From contig JANRJP010000012.1 of assembly GCA_033763905.1 (NCBI GenBank), positions 1 through 13,339 on the forward strand: a stretch of 13,339 nt of DNA, written 5' to 3'. The DNA comes from Gemmatimonadaceae bacterium (GTDB lineage Bacteria > Gemmatimonadota > Gemmatimonadetes > Gemmatimonadales > Gemmatimonadaceae). Below the pieces are notes generated by a model, which searched no databases, was not told the DNA's origin, and worked only from the letters and a program-made list of their open reading frames with translations. Shown piece by piece: positions 10,189 to 13,339 of the stretch. Position 1 is the first letter of the stretch. The number at the start of each line of letters is the position of its first letter. Made by a program: the position numbers and the translations under genes.

Positions 10189-11138
10189 ATGGTCGTCACT
10201 CGCGCGTCGTCGCGCGGGTCAGATGTTGAGAGTCGCGCGGGCTCCGTCCCACGCGCGTACCGCGTAGCCGCCCAAATCGCCGCACCAATCGCCACGGTCG
10301 CGACGATCGACGCCTCGGGCCCCCACGCGCCCCCGCTGAGCCACTCGGCTCCCTGCGGGACCAACCGCCACCCCGGAGTCGGGAAGGCCAATCCGCTAAC
10401 GGGCGCGTGTGCCGCACAGACGAGCACGGCGTTCCACGCCAGGTGCGCGGCCCACGCCGCGATGAGGCTTCCGGTGCCGAGTCGCACCACGGCGAGCAGC
10501 ACACCGGCCAGTGCGACGTTCACCACGCTGGCCGCCGATACGCCGGGGTTGAGCAGATGCAGCGCCGCGAAGCCCAGGCTGGTCACGGCGGTCGCGAGCG
10601 CTGTGCCCTTCCACTCGTGCAGCACCGAAAACACGAACCCGCGCGCCAGGAGCTCCTCGCTGAAGGCGCTCGGCGCCAGCGTCCACAAGGCGATCGCCGT
10701 CGCCGACCACCACGAGCCCTCGGCGCCGGGTCGCACCGCGTACGCGCCCACGCTCACGAGCACGCCGAGCGTCACCGCCATCGGCATCGCACCAATCACC
10801 AGCGCGCGAAGCGACGGCCCTACGCGCCACGCGGAGGACCCAAGCCCGATCCGCACGAGCCACGGCGTGCCCCCGTCCGTCCAGCGCGACGCACCCCACG
10901 ACGCCGCAAGCATCGCACCGACCGTGAGCCAAGGGCCCACGAGCGGGCGAACGCCCAGCAGACGCGCCACCAGCCCGATGGCGGGATACACCAACGCCTC
11001 CACTGCGACACCCGCAACCACGGCGAGCACCACGAACGCGCCGATGCGCGCCAGCGGATGCTGCGGCGCCTCGGCGGGCGGCACGATCGATCGCACGACG
11101 GGCCCGCGGGCTGGCAGCGGCACCACGGGCGCGGTCAC
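10185..11138 (-). CDS. CPBP (CAAX protease/Abi, Rce1-like) intramembrane glutamic endopeptidase
   Basis: Multiple hydrophobic segments plus family motifs [12 protein letters not shown] and AHLAWN, and a C-terminal [12 protein letters not shown]. Its stop overlaps the hbd ATG (ATGA). Confidence 0.88.
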   Translation of the reverse strand: MTAPVVPLPARGPVVRSIVPPAEAPQHPLARIGAFVVLAVVAGVAVEALVYPAIGLVARLLGVRPLVGPWLTVGAMLAASWGASRWTDGGTPWLVRIGLGSSAWRVGPSLRALVIGAMPMAVTLGVLVSVGAYAVRPGAEGSWWSATAIALWTLAPSAFSEELLARGFVFSVLHEWKGTALATAVTSLGFAALHLLNPGVSAASVVNVALAGVLLAVVRLGTGSLIAAWAAHLAWNAVLVCAAHAPVSGLAFPTPGWRLVPQGAEWLSGGAWGPEASIVATVAIGAAIWAATRYARGTEPARLSTSDPRDDARVTTI

Positions 11139-11145
11139 GAAACGC

Positions 11146-12348
11146 TCAGACCCGCTCGACCGACAGCGCGACCGCGTCGCCGCCGCCGAGGCAGAGCGTC
11201 GCCGCGCCGAGCGCCGCTCCGCGATCGATCATCGCGTGCAGGAGCGTCACGAGCACCCGTGCGCCGCTCGCGCCGATCGGATGTCCGAGCGCAATCGCGC
11301 CGCCGTGCACGTTGACGCGATCCCAGTCCCACCCGAGAGCATCGCCGTCGGCGATGGCCTGCGAGGCGAACGCTTCGTTGGCTTCGATCAACCCGTAGTC
11401 GCGAATGCCCACGCCGTCCTTCTGCATCAGGCGCTGCATCGCCGTCACCGGCGCAAAGAAGAGGTCGCGGGGATCGACCGCGCCCGTGCCATAGTTGCGA
11501 ATACGACCCAACACCGTCAGGCCGTGCGCCTTGGCGAAGGCCTCGCTCGTCACCACCAGCGCCGCCGCGCCGTCGTTCAGCGACGACGCATTACCGGCCG
11601 TGACCGAGCGCGGGTGGTCGCCATCACCGGGGAAGGCCGGGCGCAGCGCCGCGAGCGATTCCGCCGTCGTGTCACCACGCGGTCCTTCGTCAGCGCTCAC
11701 CACGGTCGGTCCCTTGCGACCCGGAATCTCGACCGTCGCGATTTCGGCGGCGAACTTCCCCGCCTGTTGCGCGGCCACGGCCTTCTGGTGCGACGCCGCC
11801 GCGAAGGCGTCCTGCCGCTCGCGCGTCACCGCGCCCTTGTGCGCGGTGTATTCGGCGTGGCTACCCATATGCACGCCGCAGGTGGCGCACCACAGCCCGT
11901 CCTTGATCATCCCGTCGACCAGCGTCTGGTCGCCGAGCTTCACGCCGCCGCGCATTCCGTACACGTAGTGCGGGGCGTTCGACATACTCTCCTGCCCGCC
12001 CGCCACCACGACCTGCGCATCGCCGGCGCGAATCGCCTGCGCGGCGAGCATCACCGCCTGCAGCCCCGAACCGCAGACCTTGTTGATCGTCAGCGCCGAG
12101 ACGCTGGTGGGCAGACCGGCCTTGATGCCTGCCTGCCGAGCCGGGGCCTGACCGGCCCCGCCCTGGAGCACGTGTCCCATAATGAGGTCGGTGACCTCAG
12201 CGGCGGGGACCCCCGACTTGGCCAAGGCCGCGGCAATCGCGCGACCCCCGAGTTCCGGAGCAGAAAGCGCGCTGAGCGCGCCGAGGTACTTGCCGATCGG
12301 GGTGCGGGCGGCACCAACGATGACCGGAGAACGCGACAGATCCGACAA
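11146..12348 (-). CDS. Acetyl-CoA C-acetyltransferase (thiolase)
   Basis: Motifs [23 protein letters not shown] (catalytic Cys), [53 protein letters not shown] start predicted. Confidence 0.96.
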   Translation of the reverse strand: MSDLSRSPVIVGAARTPIGKYLGALSALSAPELGGRAIAAALAKSGVPAAEVTDLIMGHVLQGGAGQAPARQAGIKAGLPTSVSALTINKVCGSGLQAVMLAAQAIRAGDAQVVVAGGQESMSNAPHYVYGMRGGVKLGDQTLVDGMIKDGLWCATCGVHMGSHAEYTAHKGAVTRERQDAFAAASHQKAVAAQQAGKFAAEIATVEIPGRKGPTVVSADEGPRGDTTAESLAALRPAFPGDGDHPRSVTAGNASSLNDGAAALVVTSEAFAKAHGLTVLGRIRNYGTGAVDPRDLFFAPVTAMQRLMQKDGVGIRDYGLIEANEAFASQAIADGDALGWDWDRVNVHGGAIALGHPIGASGARVLVTLLHAMIDRGAALGAATLCLGGGDAVALSVERV

Positions 12349-12387
12349 GGGGAAACCCCCGAGAAAGGCGTGAAGGAAGAGCCTCGA

Positions 12388-12416
12388 AAGCTACCCACGC
12401 ACTCGGGGGGGTACAA
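12388..12416 (-). promoter_or_regulatory. Putative sigma70 promoter for the thiolase-to-glyA operon
   Basis: On the minus strand: TTGTAC (12416-12411), 17 nt spacer, TAGCTT (12393-12388), about 40 nt upstream of the thiolase TTG. Confidence 0.55.
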
Positions 12417-12428
12417 CGCAGGGTAGAA

Positions 12429-13001
12429 TCAGCGCGGCGCCGAACGCCCCTTGCGCAACTCGGCGGCGACCAGTGCGGTGATGTCGACGGTCTCGTCCAG
12501 GTCCAGAATGCCTGGGGCCGCGCGGTCGAGGACCACGGCAATCCCTTCGCGACGACGCACGGCGGCGATGGCCGTCTGCACCTCCGCCTCGGCCGGCTGT
12601 CGCAGCTCACGCCGACGCGTCTCGCCGAGCACTTCGAGCTGGCGGACCATATCCTCGAACGAGATCTCGCGGGCGCGGAGCACCAGGAGCGTGGCTTCGC
12701 GTCGGGCGGGTGACATCGCCTCGCTCTCCCGCGAGAACGCATCCACCGCTCGCTTGAGCGAGTCGGCTGCATCTGCGACGAGAGCCCGGGCCTTCGTCGA
12801 CTCGAAGGCGTAGGCGGTCTCGGCGTCGCGGATCGACGGCGCGGAGTCGAGCAACACGCGGGTATCGACGATGGCGATCCGCCCCGCCAGGGGCCGTCGT
12901 CCCTGGGCGTCCATCGTGGGGGCCAGGCAGGCCAGGGCGAGCAACGTGGCCGCGAGCCCGCGCGGCCATCCGAGACGCTGAACAATTCGGTTATTTCGCA
13001 T
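12429..13001 (-). CDS. OmpH/Skp-family periplasmic chaperone-like protein
   Basis: Signal peptide (GLAATLLALACLAPTMDA-Q), N-terminal strand RIAIVDTRVLLDSAP, long helical middle, and C-terminal AIAAVRRREGIAVVLD...DITALVAAEL, which matches Skp architecture. Confidence 0.8.
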   Translation of the reverse strand: MRNNRIVQRLGWPRGLAATLLALACLAPTMDAQGRRPLAGRIAIVDTRVLLDSAPSIRDAETAYAFESTKARALVADAADSLKRAVDAFSRESEAMSPARREATLLVLRAREISFEDMVRQLEVLGETRRRELRQPAEAEVQTAIAAVRRREGIAVVLDRAAPGILDLDETVDITALVAAELRKGRSAPR

Positions 13002-13007
13002 ACTCGA

Positions 13008-13016
13008 ATCATATCA
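13008..13016 (-). promoter_or_regulatory. Putative extended -10 promoter for the Skp-like gene
   Basis: TG-A-TATGAT on the minus strand within a locally AT-rich patch, 6 nt before the ATG at 13001. Confidence 0.55.
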
Positions 13017-13050
13017 ACGTCTTTTTCGAATTGCTACTCCCTGACCGCCG

Positions 13051-13339
13051 TCACTTCACCTCGATGACGGTCTCCATTCCCTTCATCAAGTGCAGCACGC
13101 GGTCCTTGCCCTCGGCCAGGCAAAACGCCACGTAGCGCCCCGGGGCGAAATCCACGGTCAAGAAGGCGCGCCCTCCCGGAGCGAGCGCCGCCGCACCTGA
13201 CCAGCTCTCGTGCGGTGGCGTGCCGAGCTGACCCGCGCCCGACCATTCGGCCACATCGCGCGCCGATTCGCCCGGCTTGAGCCGGACCAGCAGAAACTCG
13301 TGCGGGACCGTGCCGCGATTCTCGATGCGGATGACTTTG
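13051..13339 (-). CDS. Cupredoxin-like (type-1 copper) protein, C-terminal part (5'-truncated by the window edge)
   Basis: Frame is open to the window edge: KVIRIENRGTVPHEFLLVRL...LAPGGRAFLTVDFAPGRYVAFCLAEGKDRVLHLMKGMETVIEVK*. Contains the N-x-G-x-x-x-H motif and PGRY..C-x9-H-x4-M. Confidence 0.75.
   Translation of the reverse strand, partial: KVIRIENRGTVPHEFLLVRLKPGESARDVAEWSGAGQLGTPPHESWSGAAALAPGGRAFLTVDFAPGRYVAFCLAEGKDRVLHLMKGMETVIEVK

Noticed and set aside
9241..12426. 1061-aa plus-strand ORF spanning hbd, CPBP and thiolase
   Set aside because: It is in codon register antisense to hbd and thiolase, is Arg/Ala/His-rich and has no recognisable motifs. This is a typical stop-poor shadow frame in high-GC DNA.
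1..13339. Search for tRNA/rRNA, CRISPR arrays, IS elements/integrases, defence genes, and a TPP or glycine riboswitch
   Set aside because: Intergenic gaps are at most about 130 nt and none shows these signatures by eye. thiL and glyA overlap their upstream genes, leaving no leader space.

Overview
High-GC bacterial chromosomal segment, mostly housekeeping and metabolic genes; gene content and order are compatible with a Gemmatimonadota-like diderm, which is an inference. Nearly all genes are on the minus strand, in three inferred units. (1) A partial type-1-copper cupredoxin-like gene and an orphan Skp/OmpH-like chaperone gene. (2) A tightly coupled operon: thiolase, CPBP/CAAX intramembrane protease, 3-hydroxyacyl-CoA dehydrogenase, acyl-CoA dehydrogenase, Leu/Phe/Val dehydrogenase, rpiB, glyA. 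(3) A Minf_1886-family protein of unknown function, an NnrE/NnrD fusion and thiL (partial, absent from the ORF track). The only plus-strand gene is a probably exported Ntn-hydrolase (penicillin/AHL acylase, peptidase S45) lying between units 2 and 3 and overlapping the glyA 3' end. I found no mobile elements, CRISPR arrays or RNA genes, and no clearly novel system. The most notable observations are sigma70-like promoters placed 6-8 nt before three start codons (possible leaderless mRNAs), a CPBP protease embedded in an mmgABC-like acyl-CoA cluster, the operon context of the Minf_1886 protein, and two intergenic RNA hairpins.
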